This document shows positions 9,974 through 18,444 of a stretch of DNA of 58,311 nucleotides, piece after piece; position 1 is the stretch's first letter, and each line of letters starts with the position of its first letter. The DNA is from Crocinitomicaceae bacterium (GTDB lineage: Bacteria; Bacteroidota; Bacteroidia; Flavobacteriales_D; Parvicellaceae). The notes beneath the pieces are model-generated. The model was given only the letters and a program-made list of their open reading frames with translations. It was not told the DNA's origin and ran no database searches. The stretch spans positions 1-58,311 of the forward strand of contig NZID01000063.1 of assembly GCA_002691605.1 (NCBI GenBank). Reading direction: 5' to 3'. Made by a program: the position numbers and the translations under genes.

Positions 9974-10546
9974 ATGGAATTACTATACAGAACACCTATA
10001 GAATGGGCTCAAAATGCTGTTAAGGATATAGACTCATTTCTACAAGACCATGCAGATGCAGAGCGAAAAGTAGCCAATATGTGTTTGTCACTTATTGCCA
10101 AATATCCTAATAGAACAGAAATAATTGATGAATTGATTCAAATTTCAGTAGAAGAATTACTTCATTTTAAACAAGTATATAATTTAATAAAGTATAGAGG
10201 AAATCAGTTAAATGGAGTTTTTCAAAAAGATCCCTACATAAAAGGAATTATGTCAATAGTAAGATCAGGCTCTGATGAAATTTTTATGGATAGATTAATT
10301 ATTGCTTCTATTGCTGAATTAAGAGGTTCAGAAAGATTTAAATTAATAAGTAAGGTAGTTGATGATCCGAAAATTGCTAAGTTTTATGCCAATTTACATT
10401 TACAAGAGTTGGAACATATAGATTCGTTTATAAAAATGGCTAAAATATATTTTGATGATGAGTTAGTAGACAAAAGGACTCAAATTATTCTTCAAAAAGA
10501 AGCAGAAATTTCCTCTTCACTCCCTTGGAGATCGGCTATTCATTAA
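9974..10546 (+). CDS. miaE: tRNA-(ms2io6A)-hydroxylase MiaE-like di-iron protein
   Basis: DHADAERK, EELLHF (ExxH), AELRGSERF and QELEHI (ExxH) line up with the four-helix di-iron ligand pattern of MiaE. The ATG immediately follows the trkH stop. Confidence 0.7.
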   Translation: MELLYRTPIEWAQNAVKDIDSFLQDHADAERKVANMCLSLIAKYPNRTEIIDELIQISVEELLHFKQVYNLIKYRGNQLNGVFQKDPYIKGIMSIVRSGSDEIFMDRLIIASIAELRGSERFKLISKVVDDPKIAKFYANLHLQELEHIDSFIKMAKIYFDDELVDKRTQIILQKEAEISSSLPWRSAIH

Positions 10547-10585
10547 AAGAAGTTTTTTTTAATTTTTTTTATTAGATTTATATCA

Positions 10586-11173
10586 ATGAATTTACCAACG
10601 TATAATCTGAGTAAAATTAATAATTTAAAGCCTCAAAAGGGAAACCTTATCCTAGCAGAACCTTTTATGGACGATGATCATTTTGGACGATCAGTTATTT
10701 TCATGTGTGAACACCATAATGATGGTTCATATGGATTTATATTAAATAACCAACTGGATATTAACTTAGATGAACTTGTTCCAGAAATTGAATTCAAAAG
10801 TATTAAAATATATTATGGTGGTCCAGTACATTCCTCAAATCTATTTTATTTACATCAGTTAGGACATTTAATTGAGAACTCTGTTAAAATATGTGATAAC
10901 ATTTGGACTAGTGGTGATTTTAATCAGATTATTGAATTCATTAATATGGGCATAATTGATACCAAAAAAATAAAGTTTTTTTTAGGTTATTCAGGTTGGG
11001 AAAAAAATCAGCTCTTAAGAGAGTTTGATTCCAATTCATGGATTGCATTGAACTTGTTAGAGGAAAATATATTTAAAGAAAACACACAAAATTTATGGAA
11101 AGAAATTTTAAATAAACGAGGAGGGAAAATGAAAGCAATTGCTAATTTTCCTGTAAATCCAATTGATAACTAA
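10586..11173 (+). CDS. YqgE/AlgH family protein (UPF0301)
   Basis: LILAEPFMDDDHFGRSVIFMCEHHNDGSYGFILN and YYGGPV motifs typical of YqgE/AlgH. Confidence 0.8.
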   Translation: MNLPTYNLSKINNLKPQKGNLILAEPFMDDDHFGRSVIFMCEHHNDGSYGFILNNQLDINLDELVPEIEFKSIKIYYGGPVHSSNLFYLHQLGHLIENSVKICDNIWTSGDFNQIIEFINMGIIDTKKIKFFLGYSGWEKNQLLREFDSNSWIALNLLEENIFKENTQNLWKEILNKRGGKMKAIANFPVNPIDN

Positions 11174-12008
11174 TTTTATTATTTAATTCTTTAATTATTT
11201 TTTTACTCAACGTATTATAATATCTAGTTTTTTTATATCCTCCTACCCAGTTAATTCCACTTATAACATTTGTCAAGAAAATCTCCTTAGAATTCATAAG
11301 GTCTTCAGGAATTATATCTCTTTCTATAATTTTAAAATCTAAAAAATTAATTATCTTAATTATTTCATCTCTCATAATACCAGCAATACAGCCGCTATTT
11401 AAGGCGGGAGTTATTATTGAATCTTTAAGAAGAAGAAAAATATTTGAATTAGACGATTCTATTATGTAATTTTTCTCGTTTAAAATTAAAGTGTCATTTA
11501 GGCCATTATCATTAGCATATATTGATGCTAAGACATATAATAACGAATTGGATGTTTTGAAGACTGATAAATTAGTTATCTGTTTTTGATAATCATAAAA
11601 TATGTCTACTAAAAAACCTTTTTTATTTAGTTGATATAGATTATTTTCTAAATGAAAACACTCAATTATAAAGCTAATTTCATTAGTTGCTGGAAGATAT
11701 GTACCTAATCCACTTCTAAAAAAATAAATTTTAACCCTACCTCCACTATCAATTTTATTATGCAGTAATAGTTCTTTTATTTTGGATTTTAAAATTTCTG
11801 CATTAAAGTTTTTTGAATAACTGATTTTTAAAATTTTTAGCGCTTTAAATATTCTTTTTAAATGACTTTCAATAAATAATACATCTCCATTTACAATTCT
11901 GATAGTTTCAAAGAAACCATCACCAAAATTAATCGCTCTCTTTATTGTATTGAATTGAATATCATCTTGGTTTAATATTTTACCATTAAAAATAATTTTA
12001 CTCTTCAT
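11142..12008 (-). CDS. class IV aminotransferase fold protein (aminodeoxychorismate lyase-like)
   Basis: N-terminal FGDGFFETIRIVNG, a central SNIF-type motif (NSNIFLL) and a 288-aa length match the PabC / branched-chain aminotransferase fold. Exact activity is not assignable. Confidence 0.65.
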   Translation of the reverse strand: MKSKIIFNGKILNQDDIQFNTIKRAINFGDGFFETIRIVNGDVLFIESHLKRIFKALKILKISYSKNFNAEILKSKIKELLLHNKIDSGGRVKIYFFRSGLGTYLPATNEISFIIECFHLENNLYQLNKKGFLVDIFYDYQKQITNLSVFKTSNSLLYVLASIYANDNGLNDTLILNEKNYIIESSNSNIFLLLKDSIITPALNSGCIAGIMRDEIIKIINFLDFKIIERDIIPEDLMNSKEIFLTNVISGINWVGGYKKTRYYNTLSKKIIKELNNKISYQLDLQEN

Positions 12009-12644
12009 TTACCTAAAAGTTTGAAAATAAAATAAGGTTTTTTGAAAAAAGATCAACAGATTATTAAAATCGTATATTACAATAAAAAATACACCAAATA
12101 AAGAACCACTTATATGAGCATCATGAGCAATATTAGAATATTGTTTTTTGCTTAAATAATGTTCGGCCAATAAGTAAATAATTCCAAAGATAAAGCCAGG
12201 TAAAAATAATCCAGGAATTAATATCAGTCCTAATTCTCTAAGTGGATAAATAATTATATAAGCAAATACAACAGATGAAACTGCTCCAGAAGCTCCTAAA
12301 CTATTATATGAAGGATTGTTTTTATGCTTTAAAATTGATGGAAGTGTAGAAAAAATAATTCCTAATAAATAAAATCCGATATAATAAAAGGCTCCTAATT
12401 CTGAAGAATTAATGAAATAAAACTCCAGAGTTGGACCAAATATATATAAAACATACATATTAAAAAAAAGGTGTAAAAAATCTGCATGAATAAATCCATG
12501 AGAAATCAAAATCCACCATTTTTTATAATTTACATATTGGTAAGGAGAAAACAATAAATTACTTTTTATTTCCTCATTATTAAATGTGATAAAGGAAATA
12601 ATACAAGTGATAATGATCAATATTATGGTATAACTAAATGTCAT
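12009..12644 (-). CDS. rhomboid family intramembrane serine protease
   Basis: HGFIHADFLHLFFNM, catalytic GASGAVSSV and downstream AHISGSLFG (Ser/His dyad); six hydrophobic helices. Confidence 0.85.
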   Translation of the reverse strand: MTFSYTIILIIITCIISFITFNNEEIKSNLLFSPYQYVNYKKWWILISHGFIHADFLHLFFNMYVLYIFGPTLEFYFINSSELGAFYYIGFYLLGIIFSTLPSILKHKNNPSYNSLGASGAVSSVVFAYIIIYPLRELGLILIPGLFLPGFIFGIIYLLAEHYLSKKQYSNIAHDAHISGSLFGVFFIVIYDFNNLLIFFQKTLFYFQTFR

Positions 12645-13321
12645 TTTTTAATTATTTTAATTCCTCTTAACATTTCTCTTTTTCCAGGTGGACCTTTTAA
12701 TCTTTCTACATAAAAACCAACGGATTCTAAATCTCTTCTAACTTGTCCCTTAGCACAATAGGTTACTAAAATCCCATTTGTATTTAAATACTCATATAGT
12801 TTCGTGAAAACATCAGACGTCCAAATACTAGGTTGTTTTTTAGGAGCAAAAGCATCAAAATAAACAATATCGTATGTTTTTGATGATTTAAAATTATTGA
12901 AACCTTTTGAATGTTTTGTTAATTGGAAACAACTATTAATAAAATGTTTTTCATCCCATTTAAGTTGATGAATTTTATAAAATAATTTTATTTCTTCTTC
13001 GTTGAAATTAAAATTTAAATTTTCAATAATATCCAAATTAACTGGATACGGTTCAATGCCAGAATATTCAATAATTTGATTTAAAGGATTTTTACATAAT
13101 ATAGATAATATACAATTAAGACCTGTACCCCATCCTATTTCTAATATATTAATAGTTTTATTAAAAGGGTATTTATTTTGAAAATAATTTAACCCACTTT
13201 TAATAAATACATGAACGGACTCTTGTAAAGCACCGTGAATAGAATGATAATGCTCATCCAATTCTTTGTGATAGATTGTTGAGGAGCCATCTGCAGTTGT
13301 TTTTAATTGAAGATTATTCAT
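12641..13321 (-). CDS. mnmD: tRNA (mnm5s2U34) methyltransferase, stand-alone MnmC methyltransferase-domain homologue (MnmD)
   Basis: N-terminal TADGSSTIYHKELDEHYHSIHGALQES and the SAM-binding EIGWGTGLN motif are typical of the DUF752/MnmC N-terminal domain. There is no FAD domain. Confidence 0.7.
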   Translation of the reverse strand: MNNLQLKTTADGSSTIYHKELDEHYHSIHGALQESVHVFIKSGLNYFQNKYPFNKTINILEIGWGTGLNCILSILCKNPLNQIIEYSGIEPYPVNLDIIENLNFNFNEEEIKLFYKIHQLKWDEKHFINSCFQLTKHSKGFNNFKSSKTYDIVYFDAFAPKKQPSIWTSDVFTKLYEYLNTNGILVTYCAKGQVRRDLESVGFYVERLKGPPGKREMLRGIKIIKK

Positions 13322-13324
13322 AAT

Positions 13325-14239
13325 TTATATTTTTATAGAATGAATATATCCATCATAGCAAGAGATTGTATTTTTAAATACTTTCTGAGCTTCTTCTAAA
13401 AACCCATCTATTTCTTCATATCTGGCTGAAAAATGTCCTATTAATAATTCTTTTACATTTGCCTTTGAAGCAATTGTTGCAGCCTGATTAGCTGTGGAAT
13501 GCTTTGTCATTTGCGCCTTATCTTTTCTATCTTCTAAAAAAGTGGACTCATGATACAATAAATCAGCGTGTTTAATGTAAGGGATTATGTTTTCATTATA
13601 GCAAGTGTCAGCACAATAGGCATAAGATCTAGACCTATTACCAGGTTTTGTAACATCTCTAAAATCAATAAGTTTTCCATCTAGTTTAAAGTTTTGTCTA
13701 TTCTTAAAACTCTTAATCGCCTCAATAGATAAATTGAGCTCTCTTATTTTACTCTTGATCATTGATCTTTTTGAAGTTTTTTCTTTGAAAATAAAACCGC
13801 AACATTGTATAGAGTGATCCACAGGAAACGATGTTATTTGTAAAATTGAATCTTCAAAAATTAAAGTTGATTTAGAAAAATTTAATTCATTAAAATTAAT
13901 ATCAAAATTAAATTGTTTTCCAGAAATAGAAAAATGAGAAGCTAATAATTTTTTTAAATCTTTTGGAGCATGAATATGAATAGTTTTTTTTCTACCTAAC
14001 AAACTTAGAGTTGATAGGTAACCGAATAAACCTAAAAAATGATCACCATGTAAATGACTTATAAAAATACGGTCTATTTTAGAGAATTTACAATGATATT
14101 TTCTTAGTTGAACTTGAGTTCCTTCACCACAATCTATTAAAAAATATCGTTCTTGAATATTTAAATACTGCGCAGTTGGTTTTCTATCTAAAGTGGGAAT
14201 TGCCCCTCCACAACCAAGGATGGTTAATTCAAACTTCAT
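13325..14239 (-). CDS. rnz: ribonuclease Z
   Basis: Metallo-beta-lactamase HLHGDH motif, N-terminal LTILGCGGAIPT, and length and architecture of short-form RNase Z. Confidence 0.85.
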   Translation of the reverse strand: MKFELTILGCGGAIPTLDRKPTAQYLNIQERYFLIDCGEGTQVQLRKYHCKFSKIDRIFISHLHGDHFLGLFGYLSTLSLLGRKKTIHIHAPKDLKKLLASHFSISGKQFNFDINFNELNFSKSTLIFEDSILQITSFPVDHSIQCCGFIFKEKTSKRSMIKSKIRELNLSIEAIKSFKNRQNFKLDGKLIDFRDVTKPGNRSRSYAYCADTCYNENIIPYIKHADLLYHESTFLEDRKDKAQMTKHSTANQAATIASKANVKELLIGHFSARYEEIDGFLEEAQKVFKNTISCYDGYIHSIKI

Positions 14240-14256
14240 AGTAAAAAAACATGATT

Positions 14257-15006
14257 CTAGTGATTTACAACTAATCTTTTAGAAGACTTATCTATTCCAT
14301 TATTAACGGAATAAATATAAATACCATTTTTAAACTCATTGGTATTCAGATATATTTCATTAACACCTCTTATAGAATTTACATATTCGAAATAGATTCT
14401 TTCACCTAAAAGATTAGTAACTTCAAAAACTACATTTTCAACCTTATTATTTAAATATTGAATTTTAGTTGATTCATTTGAAGGATTCGGTATAGCGTTC
14501 TGTAAAGACAAAAAACTATTATCTAAATTAGTTATTTTTATTCCAGTATTTCCAATATTAATAACATAACCATCGAAACTATATGGGATTGGGAATGGGG
14601 TAAAAAATAGCTGAGTCCATACGGTTGCATCTAAAGAAATTTGATAAGAACCTACAGTTGTAGGGGTACCACTTAATGAAGCACAACCTAGAGAATCGTA
14701 TCTCCAGGAACAAGAAGAATTATTGCAATCATATGAAAGTCCTGGAGGAATATTAGAAATAGAGGTTAATACAATAGAATCTATAAAAGTTCCAGCTGCT
14801 GCTGAATCTATTGCACCAGCATCTCTAGGCACTTTAAAATTCACAACTTCATAATATGGAATACCTACATCACCTGGAGGAAAATTTGTTTGAGGTGTTG
14901 GCCAAACTCCAAAGGTTGAATCTGCATAGATACTATCAGGAACACATTGAGAAAAACAAAAAGAAAGAGAAAAGATAAATGTTAAAGAAAGAATAAAATT
15001 TTTCAT
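14257..15006 (-). CDS. secreted protein with Ig-like (He_PIG-type) segment and type A T9SS C-terminal sorting domain
   Basis: Signal peptide. IPPGLSYD...LSGTPTTVGSYQISL resembles the putative-Ig PPGL...GTPT...G.Y motif. The last ~80 aa (IPNPSNESTKIQY...GIYIYSV...KRLVVNH) match the Por secretion tail pattern. Confidence 0.7.
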   Translation of the reverse strand: MKNFILSLTFIFSLSFCFSQCVPDSIYADSTFGVWPTPQTNFPPGDVGIPYYEVVNFKVPRDAGAIDSAAAGTFIDSIVLTSISNIPPGLSYDCNNSSCSWRYDSLGCASLSGTPTTVGSYQISLDATVWTQLFFTPFPIPYSFDGYVINIGNTGIKITNLDNSFLSLQNAIPNPSNESTKIQYLNNKVENVVFEVTNLLGERIYFEYVNSIRGVNEIYLNTNEFKNGIYIYSVNNGIDKSSKRLVVNH

Positions 15007-15341
15007 ATTAAGTTATTAAGTGCATCGTCTTCACTATTAAAAATATTAAAAACTGTGTCTAATTGAGAAATATTTATGATTTTTTCTACCATAGGATTTA
15101 ATCCGAAAATAATAAATTGGCCTTCTTTATCTTTTAAAATTCTATTTCCAACTAATAAAGCACTTAAACCGCTGGAATCACAATACTTAATTTGTGACAA
15201 GTCTACAACGAAGGTATTTGATCCTTTATTTGACTGGTCAAGAAATAAGGCCTTTAGCTCAGAAGCAACCAAGGAATCTAACTTTTCAAAACTGCATCTA
15301 AATGTTGTATGATTTTTATTATTTTCTACTTTAAAATTCAA
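15003..15341 (-). CDS. STAS domain protein (anti-sigma-factor antagonist-like)
   Basis: 112 aa. DLSQIKYCDSSGLSALL matches the SpoIIAA/RsbV phosphorylatable-serine motif (DSSGL). Its stop overlaps the downstream ATG as ATGA. Confidence 0.75.
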   Translation of the reverse strand: MNFKVENNKNHTTFRCSFEKLDSLVASELKALFLDQSNKGSNTFVVDLSQIKYCDSSGLSALLVGNRILKDKEGQFIIFGLNPMVEKIINISQLDTVFNIFNSEDDALNNLI

Positions 15342-15358
15342 TTATTATAGTTTTATAA

Positions 15359-15366
15359 CAAAAATA
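15359..15366 (-). promoter_or_regulatory. putative -7 box (TAnnTTTG) for the STAS / T9SS-cargo pair
   Basis: TATTTTTG on the coding strand, 17 nt upstream of the ATG at 15341, in the 43-nt gap after pyrB. Confidence 0.4.
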
Positions 15367-15384
15367 ACATAATTCTTTAAATAA

Positions 15385-16317
15385 TTAAACTCTATTTATA
15401 GAACCTGCTAATAGATAAATAATTGCCATTCTTACAGCTACCCCATTTTCAACTTGATTTAAAATAATAGAATGTTCTGAATCGGCAATTTCTGAGGTTA
15501 TTTCAACTCCTCTATTAATTGGCCCTGGATGTAAAATTGTAATTGGTTTATCCACCTTGTCAAGTAGAGTTTTATTTAATTGGAATTGATGAGTGTATTC
15601 ACGTAAAGAAGGAAAATATTGAATTTGTTGTCTTTCAAGCTGAATTCTCAACATATTGGCCACATCGCACCACTTTAAGGCTTTTTCGATATTGTGAGAT
15701 ATTTTAACACCTAATTCACTCATATATTTTGGAATTAAGGTAGTTGGACCACAAACCATTACTTCTGCTCCAAGCTTTTGTAGTGCAAAAATATTGGAAA
15801 GTGCAACTCTTGAATGTTTAATATCCCCAATAAGTACAACTTTCTTTTCCTTAATACTACCTAATTTTTCTCTAATAGAAAAAGTGTCTAAAAGTGCTTG
15901 AGTAGGATGTTCGTGAGTACCATCTCCAGCATTTATAATTACAGTTTTAGTTTTATTAGCTAAAAAACTAGCTGCTCCAGAATGAGGATGTCTCATAATG
16001 AGCATATCTACCTTCATAGATAGAATGTTGTTGGCAGTATCCACTAATGTTTCACCTTTATTTAAACTTGAACTAGATGCAGAAAAATTAATTATATCAG
16101 CGGATAGTCTTTTTTGAGCAAGTTCAAAAGATAGTTTGGTTCTTGTACTATTTTCAAAAAATAAATTTGCAATGGTAACATCTCTTAAAGTGGGAACTTT
16201 TTTAATAGGTCTATTAATAACTTCCTTAAAACTATCGGCAGTACTGAAAATAATTTGGATATCATTTTTAGTTAAATCTTTAATTCCAAGTAAATGAGAT
16301 GTGCTTAATTCTTTCAT
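15385..16317 (-). CDS. pyrB: aspartate carbamoyltransferase catalytic subunit
   Basis: FENSTRTK carbamoyl-phosphate site, HPTQAL and HPGP motifs; 310 aa. Confidence 0.9.
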   Translation of the reverse strand: MKELSTSHLLGIKDLTKNDIQIIFSTADSFKEVINRPIKKVPTLRDVTIANLFFENSTRTKLSFELAQKRLSADIINFSASSSSLNKGETLVDTANNILSMKVDMLIMRHPHSGAASFLANKTKTVIINAGDGTHEHPTQALLDTFSIREKLGSIKEKKVVLIGDIKHSRVALSNIFALQKLGAEVMVCGPTTLIPKYMSELGVKISHNIEKALKWCDVANMLRIQLERQQIQYFPSLREYTHQFQLNKTLLDKVDKPITILHPGPINRGVEITSEIADSEHSIILNQVENGVAVRMAIIYLLAGSINRV

Positions 16318-16319
16318 AT

Positions 16320-16859
16320 CTAAGTTGGTGAATACAACAAAATTTGATCTTTACCATTTGTTTCTTTCCATAAAACTGAAACTTTTTCTTCTTTAATAGT
16401 ATCTATAGATTTACCTATATAATCTGCTTTTATGGGTATATTCTGAACGAATCTTCTTTCAATTAATGTTAAAAACTCTACAGATAAAGGTCTCCCAAAG
16501 GTCATAATTGCATCTAATGCCGATCGTACAGTTCTGCCAGTAAAAAAAACATCATCAACTAATATTACTTTTTTATTTTCTATAGAAAAATCAATGTTTG
16601 TAACACTTGGAATAAGAGGTTTTTCTTTTCTTCTAAAATCATCCCTAAAAAAGGTAATGTCTAGGCTTCCTGTTTGAACTTCATCTTGTATAGAAATTTC
16701 TAAATTTGATTTAAGTCTATTTGCCAGAAAAATACCATTGGGTTGTAAACCAATTAAAACAGACTTAGAAAAATTATGGTGGTTTTCAATGAGCTGATGA
16801 CAAAGCCTTTTGATAGTAAGAGATACTTGTAAACTGTTTAGGATCTCAGTAGATTTCAT
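16320..16859 (-). CDS. pyrR: PyrR-type uracil phosphoribosyltransferase / pyrimidine regulator
   Basis: PRPP-binding loop VILVDDVFFTGRT and a 179-aa length, sited immediately upstream of pyrB. Confidence 0.85.
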   Translation of the reverse strand: MKSTEILNSLQVSLTIKRLCHQLIENHHNFSKSVLIGLQPNGIFLANRLKSNLEISIQDEVQTGSLDITFFRDDFRRKEKPLIPSVTNIDFSIENKKVILVDDVFFTGRTVRSALDAIMTFGRPLSVEFLTLIERRFVQNIPIKADYIGKSIDTIKEEKVSVLWKETNGKDQILLYSPT

Positions 16860-16866
16860 TAAAAGT

Positions 16867-16874
16867 CAAATATA
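16867..16874 (-). promoter_or_regulatory. putative -7 box (TAnnTTTG) for pyrR-pyrB
   Basis: TATATTTG on the coding strand, only 7 nt upstream of the ATG at 16859. Confidence 0.35.
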
Positions 16875-16955
16875 TAACCTATTTATAAATAAATAAAGAT
16901 TCAAGACTAAAATCTTTGTATTTTACAAATAATTATTTAACGAACTTCTTAGTAA

Positions 16956-18443
16956 ATGAATAAATATATTTTATCTGTAGATGCTGGAACAAGTAGTTCT
17001 AGAGCAATATTGTTTAATAAAAATGGAGAAATTAATGGGATATCTCAATATGAATTTAAACAAAACTATCCAAAGAATGGTTGGGTAGAACACGACCCTA
17101 TAGAAATTTGGAATACTCAACTAAAAGCAATAAAAGATGTTCTAATTCAAAGTCGAATTTCTGCAAATAGGATATACTCTATTGGAATAACCAACCAAAG
17201 AGAGACGACCGTTATTTGGAATAAAGAAACAGGAATTCCAATTTATAATGCAATAGTATGGCAGGACAGACGAACAAAAGCGTATTGTAATCAACTAAAA
17301 AGTGAAAATTTTGAATCGATTTTCACTCACAAAACAGGACTATTATTAGATCCATATTTTTCCGGAACTAAAATAAAATGGATATTTGATAACCATCCTA
17401 AACTTTATGAGCTAGCTAAAGAAAATAAGATTGCTTTTGGTACTATAGATACTTGGCTTATATGGCAGTTGACTAATGGGAAAAAGCATATAACTGACGT
17501 TACTAATGCAAGCAGAACGTTGCTTTACAATATCCATGAGTTAAAATGGGATACTGAACTTTTAGATATTTTAAGTATTCCAGAAAATATATTGCCAAAA
17601 GTTGTTTCAAGTTCTGAATTTATTGGATTCACTAATGAAAATATTTTGGGAGCTGAGATTCCAATAACTGCAATTGCAGGAGATCAACAAGCATCCTTAT
17701 TTGGTCAGATGTGTATAAATGAAGGAGCTGTTAAAAACACTTATGGTACAGGATGTTTTTGTATGATGAATACTGGTCAAAATATTGTAAAATCAAAAAA
17801 TAAAATGTTATCTACAATTGCCTATCAAATTAATGGGAAAACTAATTACGCAATTGAGGGGAGTGTTTTCATTGGAGGTTCATTGATTCATTGGTTAAGA
17901 GATCAATTAGAAATTATTTCTAGTGCTTCAGAAATTGAGACTCTAGCAAATTCGGTCATAGATAATGGCGGACTTACTTTTATATCTGCACTTTCTGGAT
18001 TGGGTGCACCCTATTGGGATCCAAATGCCACTGGTTCCATATTGGGAATTACAACAAAAACTAATAAAGGTCATATTGCTAGAGCAGCTTTAGAAGCTAT
18101 AGCAATAAGATCTTATGAAATTATTTCCAATATGGAAAAAGATTCAAAAATTAAATTTTCAAGTTTAAAAGTAGATGGAGGTGCATCAGTTAATAATTTA
18201 TTAATGCAAATACAATGTAATATTTTACAAAAAAACGTTATTAGACCTAAATTAACTGAATGTACATCACTTGGAATTGCTTTTCTTTCTGGATTAGCTT
18301 CAGGTTACTGGAACTCTATGGAAGATTTAAAAAACATATGGCATACAGAAAGAATATTTACTCCACAAAACAAAGATCAACATTTAATATCTAATTGGAA
18401 TGAAAAAATGAAAATATTACATTTAAAGCAAAAAAAATATTGA
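16956..18443 (+). CDS. glpK: glycerol kinase
   Basis: DAGTSSSRA, NQRETT, GDQQASLFGQ and GTGCF motifs of FGGY-family glycerol kinase. Confidence 0.95.
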   Translation: MNKYILSVDAGTSSSRAILFNKNGEINGISQYEFKQNYPKNGWVEHDPIEIWNTQLKAIKDVLIQSRISANRIYSIGITNQRETTVIWNKETGIPIYNAIVWQDRRTKAYCNQLKSENFESIFTHKTGLLLDPYFSGTKIKWIFDNHPKLYELAKENKIAFGTIDTWLIWQLTNGKKHITDVTNASRTLLYNIHELKWDTELLDILSIPENILPKVVSSSEFIGFTNENILGAEIPITAIAGDQQASLFGQMCINEGAVKNTYGTGCFCMMNTGQNIVKSKNKMLSTIAYQINGKTNYAIEGSVFIGGSLIHWLRDQLEIISSASEIETLANSVIDNGGLTFISALSGLGAPYWDPNATGSILGITTKTNKGHIARAALEAIAIRSYEIISNMEKDSKIKFSSLKVDGGASVNNLLMQIQCNILQKNVIRPKLTECTSLGIAFLSGLASGYWNSMEDLKNIWHTERIFTPQNKDQHLISNWNEKMKILHLKQKKY

Positions 18444-18444
18444 T

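Noticed and set aside
16895-16917. 7-bp inverted repeat AAAGATT-N9-AATCTTT in the pyrR/glpK divergent region, and a 7-bp inverted repeat ATTCTTA-N8-TAAGAAT in the dnaN leader (33853..33874)
   Set aside because: These are short, AT-only stems of a kind expected by chance in ~30% GC DNA. Operator or attenuator roles cannot be supported without conservation data.
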